Part shown: positions 56,268 through 64,000 of the stretch, one piece after another
Position numbering within the stretch: position 1 is the stretch's first letter
Layout of the letters: each line of letters starts with the position of its first letter
Assembly (NCBI GenBank): GCA_016874115.1
Contig: VGVA01000002.1
Location: forward strand, 8,102-72,101
Length of the DNA stretch: 64,000 bases
Origin: Gammaproteobacteria bacterium
Lineage (GTDB): Bacteria > Pseudomonadota > Gammaproteobacteria > Methylococcales > Methylomonadaceae
Reading direction: 5' to 3'
Notes under the pieces: model-generated
Seen by the model: the letters and a program-made list of their open reading frames with translations, nothing else
Database searches by the model: none
What the model was told of the DNA's origin: nothing
Program-made: the position numbers and the translations under genes

Positions 56268-59200
56268 TCAGTCCCGCTCCAGCTCAATATTTACAGCCAG
56301 CGAGCGGATTTCTTTAATCAGCACATTAAACGATTCCGGCATTCCGGCTTCCATTTTATGATCGCCGTCAACGATATTTTTATACATGCGCGTTCTGCCG
56401 GTGACATCATCAGACTTAACCGTCAGCATTTCCTGCAAAGTATAGGCCGCGCCGTAAGCTTCTAATGCCCATACTTCCATCTCGCCGAAGCGCTGGCCGC
56501 CAAACTGAGCCTTTCCACCTAACGGCTGCTGGGTAACCAGACTATACGGACCAGTGGAACGGGCGTGCATCTTGTCATCAACCAAGTGATTCAATTTCAG
56601 CATATACATGTAGCCCACCGTTACCTTGCGCTCGAACGGCTCACCGGTCATGCCATCGTATAATGTGATTTGTCCGCTTTCGGGCAAATCGGCCAAGCGT
56701 AGCATGGCGCGGATTTCATCCTCGCTAGCACCATCGAAGACCGGCGTTGCCATTGGAACGCCTTCCATCAGGTTACGCGCCAACTCAACTATTTCTTCAT
56801 CGGAGAATGAATCCAGGTTTTCTTTTCTGCCACTACTGTTATAAATTTTCTCGAGAAAGCCTCTGATTTCATTAACTTTGGCTCTCGCTTCCAGCATTTT
56901 ACCGATTTTGATGCCCAAGCCTTTAGCAGCCCAGCCAAGGTGAGTTTCCAACACCTGACCCACGTTCATCCGCGAAGGCACACCTAAGGGATTCAACACG
57001 ATATCAACCGGTTGACCATCGGCTGCGTAAGGCATATCTTCTACCGGCCGGATCATGGAGATGACACCTTTATTACCATGCCGTCCAGCCATCTTGTCGC
57101 CCGACTGGATCCGCCGCTTAACAGCAAGATAGACTTTGACCATCTTTAACACGCCTGGCGGCAAATCATCGCCCATCGTGATTTTTTTCTTTTTCTGTTC
57201 GAATTTTTCATCGAATGCTTTCCGCTGTTGTTCAACCTGTACCGCTACGGCTTCCAGTTGGACATTCAGGTCTTCGTCTTTCATTTTGATCTTCAACCAC
57301 TCGGAATGTTTTAAACCATCCAAATAGCCCTGATCGATGACAGACCCAGATTTTAGCTGTCCAGGACCCGACTTCGCCTCTTTACCTATTAATAAAGTGG
57401 CGACCCGGTCAAAAATATCACCCTCTAAAATTTTTAGCTGGTCATCCAAGTCTTTCCGGTAGCGTTTAACCTCTTGGTCTTCAATATCGAGTGCGCGCTT
57501 GTCTTTTTTAACGCCATCGCGGGTAAATACCTGCACATCGATAACGGTTCCTTCAATACTGCTGGGCACACGCAAGGAAGTATCTTTCACATCCGCCGCT
57601 TTTTCACCGAATATGGCACGCAGCAGTTTTTCTTCCGGCGTTAATTGGGTCTCGCCTTTCGGGGTAACTTTACCCACCAATATATCGCCGCCCTTAACTT
57701 CGGCGCCGACATAAACGATGCCGGATTCATCCAATTTGGACAAAGCCTCTTCGCTGACATTCGGAATATCAGCGGTAATTTCCTCTGGGCTGTGTTTGGT
57801 GTCGCGGGCGACACAGGTTTTTTCTTCGATATGAATCGACGTAAAGCGGTCGTCGCGGACTACACGTTCAGACACCAGGATGGAGTCTTCGAAGTTATAA
57901 CCATTCCACGGCATAAACGCCACCAGCATATTTTGGCCTAAAGCCAACTCACCCATATCCGTCGATGGACCGTCTGCCAATATATCGCCGGCATTAACGA
58001 TGTCGCCTTTTTTCACCAGCGGTTTTTGATTAATACAGGTATTTTGGTTCGATCGGGTATATTTGGTCAGGTTATAAATATCCACACCTGGAGTTCCCGT
58101 TTCTGTCTCCGTATCGTTTACGCGCACCACAATTCGCGCCGCATCCACCGCTTCAATCCGTCCGCCGCGTTGCGCCACAACCGTTACGCCGGAGTCCTTG
58201 GCGACAGCTCTTTCCATGCCGGTACCTACCAACGGCTTTTCCGAGCGCAATGTCGGCACTGCCTGCCGCTGCATGTTGGAACCCATTAACGCCCGGTTAG
58301 CGTCATCATGTTCAAGGAAAGGAATAATGGACGCCGCAACCGAGACGATTTGTTTTGACGACACGTCCATATACTGTACGGTATCGGACATTGCCAGGGT
58401 AAATTCGTCTTTATACCGGCATGACACCAAACCTTCTTTTAATTTGCCATCCTTATCAACCGGCACACTGGCCTGGGCGATAACGAATTCGCCTTCTTCA
58501 ATGGCCGATAGATAATCAACCTGATCCGTTACCTGTCCGGCGACAACCTTGCGGTAAGGTGTTTCCAAGAAGCCGTAACTGTTGGTTCTGGCGTATACGG
58601 ATAATGAGTTTATTAATCCGATATTCGGACCTTCCGGCGTTTCGATTGGACACACCCGCCCGTAGTGAGTCGCATGCACGTCACGCACCTCGAATCCGGC
58701 GCGCTCTCTCGCCAAACCGCCAGGACCCAGCGCAGAAACGCGACGCTTGTGCGTAACTTGCGACAATGGATTGCTCTGATCCATGAATTGCGATAACTGG
58801 CTGGAACCGAAAAATTCTTTGACTGCTGCGGAAACCGGCTTCGCATTAATAATTTCCTGCGGCATCAAGCCTTCGGAATCGGCTAGAGTAAGCCGCTCTT
58901 TGACCGCCCGCTCGACTCTCACCAAACCGACACGGAACTGATTCTCTATCATTTCCCCAACAGAACGCACCCGGCGGTTACCTAAGTGATCGATATCATC
59001 GACATTGCCGTCGCCGTTGCGGATATTAATTAACTCCTTTAATACATCAATAATATCGTCATTGGTCAAAGTGCCGGTTCCGGTGATTTCCTGCCGTCCT
59101 AAGCGCCGGTTGAATTTCATTCTGCCGACGGTAGACAGGTCGTATCTTTCGTCGGTAAAAAACAGATTTTGGAACAAGTTTTCCGCTGATTCTTTGGTCG

Positions 59201-60347
59201 GCGGTTCGCCAGGACGCATCATCCGATAGATTTCTACCAAAGCCTCCAGGGTATTGGTAGTCGGATCCAGACGCATGGCATTGGAGATGTAAGGCCCGTT
59301 ATCCAGATCATTAACAAACAAGGTATTGATTTCGGTAATGCCGCACTCTACACAGCGATCCAATATGGATTCGGTCAGTTCATCATTCACTTTTGCCACA
59401 ATTTCGCCCGTATTGGGATCGATTAGATTGTGGCCAATGATTTTGCCGATTAAATATTCTTTGGGGACTTCAACCTCGGTAAGCCCATGTTTTTCCATTT
59501 CACGAATGTGTTTGGCGGTAATACGACGACCTTCTTCGACCAGCACTTTTCCGTCCGCTGCCTTAATATCAAATGCCGCAATTTCACCACGCATCCGGTC
59601 CGGAATAATATGAAACATGCATTTTTCAGCCGTTATTGTGAAATGATTGGTATCGAAGAAAATTTTGATCATTTCTTCGTTATCGTAACCCAGCACTCTG
59701 AGCAGAATGGTCGCCGGAATTTTCCGGCGGCGGTCTATCCGGAAATAGACGCAATCTTTGTGATCAAATTCGAAATCCAGCCAGGATCCCCTGTAAGGAA
59801 TAACACGCGCATTGAACAGCAACTTGCCGGATGAGTGGGTTTTGCCTTTGTCGTGATCGAAGAACACACCCGGAGAACGGTGTAACTGAGATACCACTAC
59901 ACGCTCGGTGCCATTAATAACAAAGGTGCCGTTCTCAGTCATTAAAGGCAATTCACCCATGAACACTTCCTGCTCGCGGATGTCCTTTACAACTTTGGCG
60001 GTAACCGGCGATTCTTTATCATAAATCACCAATCGCACTAACACGCGCAGAGGGGCTGCAAACGTCGCGCCGCGTTGCTGGCACTCTCTTACATCAAAAG
60101 TCGGCTCGCCTAACCGGTAGCTGATGTACTCTAAAGCCGCATAACCGGAGTGGCTTTCGATAGGGAATACACTGCTGAAAGCAGCGTGCAAGCCTTTATC
60201 AGCCCGTTGCGCAGACTCGATTTCGGCCTGCAAAAATTCAGCATAGGAGTTGAGCTGGGTAGCCAGCAGATAGGGTACCTCCAATACCTCGGTACTTTTC
60301 CCAAAATTATTACGGATGCGCTTTTTTTCTGTAAAAGAGTAGGACAT
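56268..60347 (-). CDS. rpoB: RNA polymerase beta subunit
   Basis: [10 protein letters not shown] start (ATG 60347), RifR cluster, [20 protein letters not shown]. Confidence 0.99.
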   Translation of the reverse strand: MSYSFTEKKRIRNNFGKSTEVLEVPYLLATQLNSYAEFLQAEIESAQRADKGLHAAFSSVFPIESHSGYAALEYISYRLGEPTFDVRECQQRGATFAAPLRVLVRLVIYDKESPVTAKVVKDIREQEVFMGELPLMTENGTFVINGTERVVVSQLHRSPGVFFDHDKGKTHSSGKLLFNARVIPYRGSWLDFEFDHKDCVYFRIDRRRKIPATILLRVLGYDNEEMIKIFFDTNHFTITAEKCMFHIIPDRMRGEIAAFDIKAADGKVLVEEGRRITAKHIREMEKHGLTEVEVPKEYLIGKIIGHNLIDPNTGEIVAKVNDELTESILDRCVECGITEINTLFVNDLDNGPYISNAMRLDPTTNTLEALVEIYRMMRPGEPPTKESAENLFQNLFFTDERYDLSTVGRMKFNRRLGRQEITGTGTLTNDDIIDVLKELINIRNGDGNVDDIDHLGNRRVRSVGEMIENQFRVGLVRVERAVKERLTLADSEGLMPQEIINAKPVSAAVKEFFGSSQLSQFMDQSNPLSQVTHKRRVSALGPGGLARERAGFEVRDVHATHYGRVCPIETPEGPNIGLINSLSVYARTNSYGFLETPYRKVVAGQVTDQVDYLSAIEEGEFVIAQASVPVDKDGKLKEGLVSCRYKDEFTLAMSDTVQYMDVSSKQIVSVAASIIPFLEHDDANRALMGSNMQRQAVPTLRSEKPLVGTGMERAVAKDSGVTVVAQRGGRIEAVDAARIVVRVNDTETETGTPGVDIYNLTKYTRSNQNTCINQKPLVKKGDIVNAGDILADGPSTDMGELALGQNMLVAFMPWNGYNFEDSILVSERVVRDDRFTSIHIEEKTCVARDTKHSPEEITADIPNVSEEALSKLDESGIVYVGAEVKGGDILVGKVTPKGETQLTPEEKLLRAIFGEKAADVKDTSLRVPSSIEGTVIDVQVFTRDGVKKDKRALDIEDQEVKRYRKDLDDQLKILEGDIFDRVATLLIGKEAKSGPGQLKSGSVIDQGYLDGLKHSEWLKIKMKDEDLNVQLEAVAVQVEQQRKAFDEKFEQKKKKITMGDDLPPGVLKMVKVYLAVKRRIQSGDKMAGRHGNKGVISMIRPVEDMPYAADGQPVDIVLNPLGVPSRMNVGQVLETHLGWAAKGLGIKIGKMLEARAKVNEIRGFLEKIYNSSGRKENLDSFSDEEIVELARNLMEGVPMATPVFDGASEDEIRAMLRLADLPESGQITLYDGMTGEPFERKVTVGYMYMLKLNHLVDDKMHARSTGPYSLVTQQPLGGKAQFGGQRFGEMEVWALEAYGAAYTLQEMLTVKSDDVTGRTRMYKNIVDGDHKMEAGMPESFNVLIKEIRSLAVNIELERD

Positions 60348-60405
60348 AATGCTTCCAAACCTTTTTGCTATTAATGATTTTTGCCGACTGTATTCATACA
60401 AGCAG

Positions 60406-60443
60406 CAAAAGGCCGGTGGCTTTCGCCACCGACCGTCTTTTTG
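60406..60443 (-). terminator. rplL-rpoB attenuator hairpin
   Basis: GGCCGGTGGC-TTTC-GCCACCGACC stem with an A tract on its left (U tract on the minus-strand transcript); same position as the E. coli rplL-rpoB attenuator. Confidence 0.7.
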
Positions 60444-60480
60444 ATATTAATGGTTATAATAACCGTGCCGCATTAGGCCT

Positions 60481-60855
60481 TTATTTAATATCGACAGTTG
60501 CGCCTGCCTCCAGCAGTTGCTTTTTAATGTCTTCGGCTTCCGCTTTGGAAACACCTTCTTTCAGCGTGGTCGGCACACCTTCCACGGCGTCTTTGGCTTC
60601 TTTTAATCCCAAACCGGTAATGGTGCGAACCGCTTTAATAACAGCAACTTTGTTGTCGCCGAAACCGGTCATGATGACATTAAACTCGGTTTGTTCTTCA
60701 ACCTCCGCAGCTGCACCGCCAGCAGCCGGCACAGCCACTGCAACCGTTGCCGCAGAGACGCCGAATTTTTCTTCAAATGCTGAAATTAAATCTACAATTT
60801 CCATGACAGTCATACCAGCGACTGCTTCCAGGATTTCTTCTTTTCCGATTGCCAT
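60481..60855 (-). CDS. rplL: 50S ribosomal protein L7/L12
   Basis: [23 protein letters not shown]. Confidence 0.99.
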   Translation of the reverse strand: MAIGKEEILEAVAGMTVMEIVDLISAFEEKFGVSAATVAVAVPAAGGAAAEVEEQTEFNVIMTGFGDNKVAVIKAVRTITGLGLKEAKDAVEGVPTTLKEGVSKAEAEDIKKQLLEAGATVDIK

Positions 60856-60902
60856 TATTTTTCCTCAAAAATCTTTGTATTAACTGGTTATAAAATTGCC
60901 GC

Positions 60903-61397
60903 TTATGCAGCTTCTTTTTGATCTCTGACCGCAGCCAATGTACGCGCCAATTTTTCGACCGGTGCTTTCATGACAGACATCAACAGACTGATACCTTGAT
61001 CGCGAGTCGGCAATCGCGCCAATCGCGCCAATTCCGATCCGCCGTAAGATTGGCCGCCGATGGCAACCACTTTAGCAATCAGCTTGTCATTGGTCTTGGC
61101 GAAATCATTAATCAAACGCGCTGCCGACCCCGGATCTTCCATTGAGAACGCCAGCAAGAGCGGGCCTACCAGACCATCCTGCATACATTCGAATTCGGTT
61201 CCGGCAACCGCTCGTTTAGCCAGTGTGTTTTTTACCACGCGCAAATAAACACCGGTTTCCCTGGCGGTTTTACGAAGCTCTGTAAGCTGTGAAACTGTCA
61301 GTCCGCGGTATTCAGCTGCAACGGCAGAATGGGCAGTAGCGGCGTACTTGGATACTTCTTCGACGACCTCTTTTTTAGCCCCTAAAGTTAATGCCAC
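60903..61397 (-). CDS. rplJ: 50S ribosomal protein L10
   Basis: YRGLTV.QLT.LR, VVKNTLA.RA, LARLPTR. Confidence 0.99.
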   Translation of the reverse strand: MALTLGAKKEVVEEVSKYAATAHSAVAAEYRGLTVSQLTELRKTARETGVYLRVVKNTLAKRAVAGTEFECMQDGLVGPLLLAFSMEDPGSAARLINDFAKTNDKLIAKVVAIGGQSYGGSELARLARLPTRDQGISLLMSVMKAPVEKLARTLAAVRDQKEAA

Positions 61398-61477
61398 AAA
61401 TAACCTCCGTTATTCTCTGAACATCAGTGTTATTAATCATATCCTGACGGATACCCCTAGTACGGCGCCAGACTTAA

Positions 61478-61562
61478 AAGTTCTGAATACCGTCTGCGCA
61501 GGACATATTAAGCCTTCCGGCACCTGCGGTCTTTGACGGCTACCGACCAAGCGGTAACCCAA
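61478..61562 (-). ncRNA. L10 leader (rplJ autoregulatory element)
   Basis: Minus strand …CCGTCAAAGACCGCAGGTG…GCTTAATAT…CCTGCGCAGACGG, matching the known L10-leader pattern. Confidence 0.8.
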
Positions 61563-61576
61563 AGTTCGTTTCTTCT

Positions 61577-62272
61577 TTAACCTGCCAGTCCAGTCAGATC
61601 TAGGCTAAGACCGGGGCCCATGGTTGAAGAAAGTGTTATTCTTTTAATGTATGCGCCCTTCGCCGCCGTCGGCTTCGCTTTTTTCAAATCGGCAATTAAT
61701 GCTTCAAGATTGCATTGGATAGCATCGACATCGAAAGTAATTTTGCCTAAAGTACAATGAATAATGCCAGCCTTGTCGGTACGGTAGCGCACCTGCCCGG
61801 ATTTGGCGTTTTTCACAGCCGTCGCCACATCTGCCGTCACGGTACCTACTTTCGGATTGGGCATTAATCCTCTGGGACCCAGTATTTGACCCAATTGACC
61901 GACGACACGCATAGCATCCGGTGAGGCGATTACAACATCAAAATTCATTTCGCCTTTTTTGACGGCATCCCCTAAATCATCCATGCCTACGATATCGGCG
62001 CCGGCAGCTTTCGCGGCTTCGACATTAGGACCTTGAGTAAACACGGCAACCCGCACCGTTTTACCGGTACCATGAGGCAAAACGGTAGCGCCACGGACGT
62101 TCTGATCGGATTTACGCGGATCTACGCCCAAATTTACACTGACATCGATGGCTTCAACAAATTTCGGCGTGGCGAATTCTTTTAATAACTGGACCGCCTC
62201 AGCTACTTGATATTGTTTGTTACGGTCAACTTTAGACCGGATTAATGTTGCTTTTTTTGTCAACTTAGCCAT
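61577..62272 (-). CDS. rplA: 50S ribosomal protein L1
   Basis: [30 protein letters not shown]. Confidence 0.99.
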   Translation of the reverse strand: MAKLTKKATLIRSKVDRNKQYQVAEAVQLLKEFATPKFVEAIDVSVNLGVDPRKSDQNVRGATVLPHGTGKTVRVAVFTQGPNVEAAKAAGADIVGMDDLGDAVKKGEMNFDVVIASPDAMRVVGQLGQILGPRGLMPNPKVGTVTADVATAVKNAKSGQVRYRTDKAGIIHCTLGKITFDVDAIQCNLEALIADLKKAKPTAAKGAYIKRITLSSTMGPGLSLDLTGLAG

Positions 62273-62703
62273 TACAATCCCTCCACATCCAAGCCCATGC
62301 TACGGGCGCTGCCCGCAATAGTTTTTACCGCCGCCTCTAAACTGGCTGCATTAAGATCGGGCATTTTGGTTTTGGCGATTTCTTCCAATTGCGCAACGGT
62401 AACTTTGCCTACTTTTTTGGTATTAGGATTGCTGCTGCCGCTTTTTAAACCGATTGCTTTCTTAAGCAATATGCTGGCGGGCGGTGTTTTGGTGATAAAG
62501 GTAAAGCTTTTATCGGTGTATACCGTAATTACAACCGGCAAAGGCAAGCCTTTTTCCACATCTTGCGTTTTTGCGTTGAATGCTTTACAAAATTCCATGA
62601 TATTAACGCCGCGCTGACCGAGAGCCGGACCGACAGGCGGACTGGGATTGGCCTCACCGGCCTTAACCTGCAACTTAATGTATGCAGCGATTTTTTTTGC
62701 CAT
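62272..62703 (-). CDS. rplK: 50S ribosomal protein L11
   Basis: [26 protein letters not shown]. Confidence 0.99.
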   Translation of the reverse strand: MAKKIAAYIKLQVKAGEANPSPPVGPALGQRGVNIMEFCKAFNAKTQDVEKGLPLPVVITVYTDKSFTFITKTPPASILLKKAIGLKSGSSNPNTKKVGKVTVAQLEEIAKTKMPDLNAASLEAAVKTIAGSARSMGLDVEGL

Positions 62704-62718
62704 AAGTTTCTCCAGTAT

Positions 62719-62743
62719 GGGTGCAAACGCCTTTCAGCTCCCC
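62719..62743 (-). promoter_or_regulatory. L1-binding leader of rplKA
   Basis: Minus strand GGGGAGCTGAAAGGCGTTTGCACCC resembles the E. coli L1-binding operator hairpin. Confidence 0.65.
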
Positions 62744-62756
62744 TTAGACACAAAAA

Positions 62757-62780
62757 TCCCTACCTTAACAAGATAGGGAC
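62757..62780 (-). terminator. Terminator after nusG
   Basis: TCCCTACCTT-AAC-AAGATAGGGA stem preceded by an A tract (U tract on the transcript). Confidence 0.6.
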
Positions 62781-62815
62781 CTACTACTTTAGTTATTAAT
62801 TATTTGACTAATAAC

Positions 62816-63349
62816 TTAAATTTTTTCCACTTGCCCAAAAGCCAATTCAACGGCAGTTGAGCGGCCAAAGATAAGCACAGAAATTTTCAGCTTGTTTTTT
62901 TCGTAGTTAATTTCTTCGACTACGCCATTAAAATCTTTAAACGGACCATCGATCACACGCACCACTTCGCCCGCTTCAAATAAGATTTTCGGTCTCGGCT
63001 TATTAACACCTTCCTCGACTCTATTGAGAATGGCCCTGGCTTCTTTTTCAGAGATCGGCGCCGGTTTATCGGAGGTGCCGCCGATAAAACCAAGCACTTT
63101 CGGGGTGTCTTTTACCAAATGCCATGTTTCATCGGTCAACTCCATTTGCACCAACACATAGCCGGGAAAAAATTTCCGCTCGCTTTTGCGTTGCTGCCCC
63201 ATGCGCATTTCCACAACTTCTTCTGTCGGGATCAGGATTTTGCCGAACATGACACCCAATCCTTCTCGCTCTATTCTTTCTTCAAGCGACTGCTTTACTT
63301 TTGCCTCAAAATTCGAGTAGGCGTGAACCACATACCAACGCAACGCCAT
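62816..63349 (-). CDS. nusG: Transcription factor NusG
   Basis: [22 protein letters not shown] domain RVIDGPF.DF.G. Confidence 0.99.
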   Translation of the reverse strand: MALRWYVVHAYSNFEAKVKQSLEERIEREGLGVMFGKILIPTEEVVEMRMGQQRKSERKFFPGYVLVQMELTDETWHLVKDTPKVLGFIGGTSDKPAPISEKEARAILNRVEEGVNKPRPKILFEAGEVVRVIDGPFKDFNGVVEEINYEKNKLKISVLIFGRSTAVELAFGQVEKI

Positions 63350-63353
63350 TGTC

Positions 63354-63731
63354 TTACCCGCCTTGTCCTGTCAAAAGCTGCACACCCTTGAATAAAACCA
63401 TATCCAGCAACCACAGTATCAAGCCAACGGTAAACACCATAGCAAATACCAGCATGGTGGTGCGGGTGGTTTCGTCGCGCGTAGGCCATACGACTTTTCT
63501 GACTTCCTGCTTGGATTCGAGAAAAAACGCCCACGTATCTCGCCCCAATTGCGTCGTCAGCATTAAGCCGAAAACCACAATCGCAGCGACTAGCAAACCG
63601 ATAACACGATACAACAGCGGCAGTTCAGAAAAATAATAAAAAGCGAAAACTGCTGCAATCCCGAGCAATGCCGAGAATACATATTTAACAATATCAAAAA
63701 CCGGGGTTTGCGCTTCCGCTTGTGTACTCAT
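63354..63731 (-). CDS. secE: Preprotein translocase SecE
   Basis: Three TM helices; E…[13 protein letters not shown]. Confidence 0.97.
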   Translation of the reverse strand: MSTQAEAQTPVFDIVKYVFSALLGIAAVFAFYYFSELPLLYRVIGLLVAAIVVFGLMLTTQLGRDTWAFFLESKQEVRKVVWPTRDETTRTTMLVFAMVFTVGLILWLLDMVLFKGVQLLTGQGG

Positions 63732-63775
63732 GAATTATTAATGATGATTGTGGACAAATTATTTGGCTGTCTGGG

Positions 63776-63851
63776 TGGCAGGCCAGGAGGGTCTCGAACC
63801 CCCAACCAACGGTTTTGGAGACCGCCATTCTACCAATTGAACTACTGACCT
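63776..63851 (-). tRNA. trpT: tRNA-Trp (CCA)
   Basis: 76-nt cloverleaf AGGTCAGTAGTTCAATTGGTAGAATGGCGGTCTCCAAAACCGTTGGTTGGGGGTTCGAGACCCTCCTGGCCTGCCA, anticodon CCA. Confidence 0.98.
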
Positions 63852-63878
63852 GTATCAGACTAACCCAAAGAACACGTG

Positions 63879-63907
63879 ATTATAATATTAATAACAAGAT
63901 TATTCAA
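63879..63907 (-). promoter_or_regulatory. sigma70 promoter for tRNA-Trp-secE-nusG
   Basis: Minus strand TTGAAT-N17-TATAAT with AT-rich upstream DNA, 27 bp before the tRNA. Confidence 0.7.
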
Positions 63908-64000
63908 TTATTTATCATTACAATCAATAAAATCACAAACCCTTAATATAGCATGGAGCCATAACCTCTATTGAATCATGCTCTGCAAGGCTTATATATC

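Noticed and set aside
51929-63987. 12-bp inverted match GCAGAGCATGAT (51929-51940) / ATCATGCTCTGC (63976-63987)
   Set aside because: A single 12-mer match 12 kb apart is compatible with chance, and nothing suggests an invertible segment.

Overview
A 64-kb chromosomal window from a gammaproteobacterium. The protein styles suggest Methylococcales, but that is an inference, because no methane-oxidation genes lie in the window. Left to right it contains: an AT-rich frameshifted DUF2185 gene followed by a composite GTAG-type REP/REPIN element; gltDB; a UbiF/UbiH-type hydroxylase; and the glnD-map / rpsB-tsf-pyrH-frr-uppS-cdsA-dxr-rseP block, ending in dsbC rather than bamA. Next come a convergent TonB-dependent receptor + atypical LuxR-HTH regulator module with operator-like repeats on both flanks; mutS/cinA; an HdeD-like gene; ubiA; arsC-wrbA-DUF2069-hda; and a patch of small accessory genes (DUF3455, SDR, CDGSH, CYTH, TPR, fdxA). 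The rest is an uninterrupted ~29.6-kb minus-strand run of tRNA-Trp plus 40 translation/transcription genes (secE to rplQ). Most of the window is housekeeping. The best leads are the TBDR-LuxR module, a strong window-wide excess of the palindrome ATTAAT (HIP-like), the nested REP element, a non-canonical CDGSH protein, an apparently drifting and C-terminally frameshifted fusA, and unusual RpoB substitutions. All counts and alignments were done by eye without tools.
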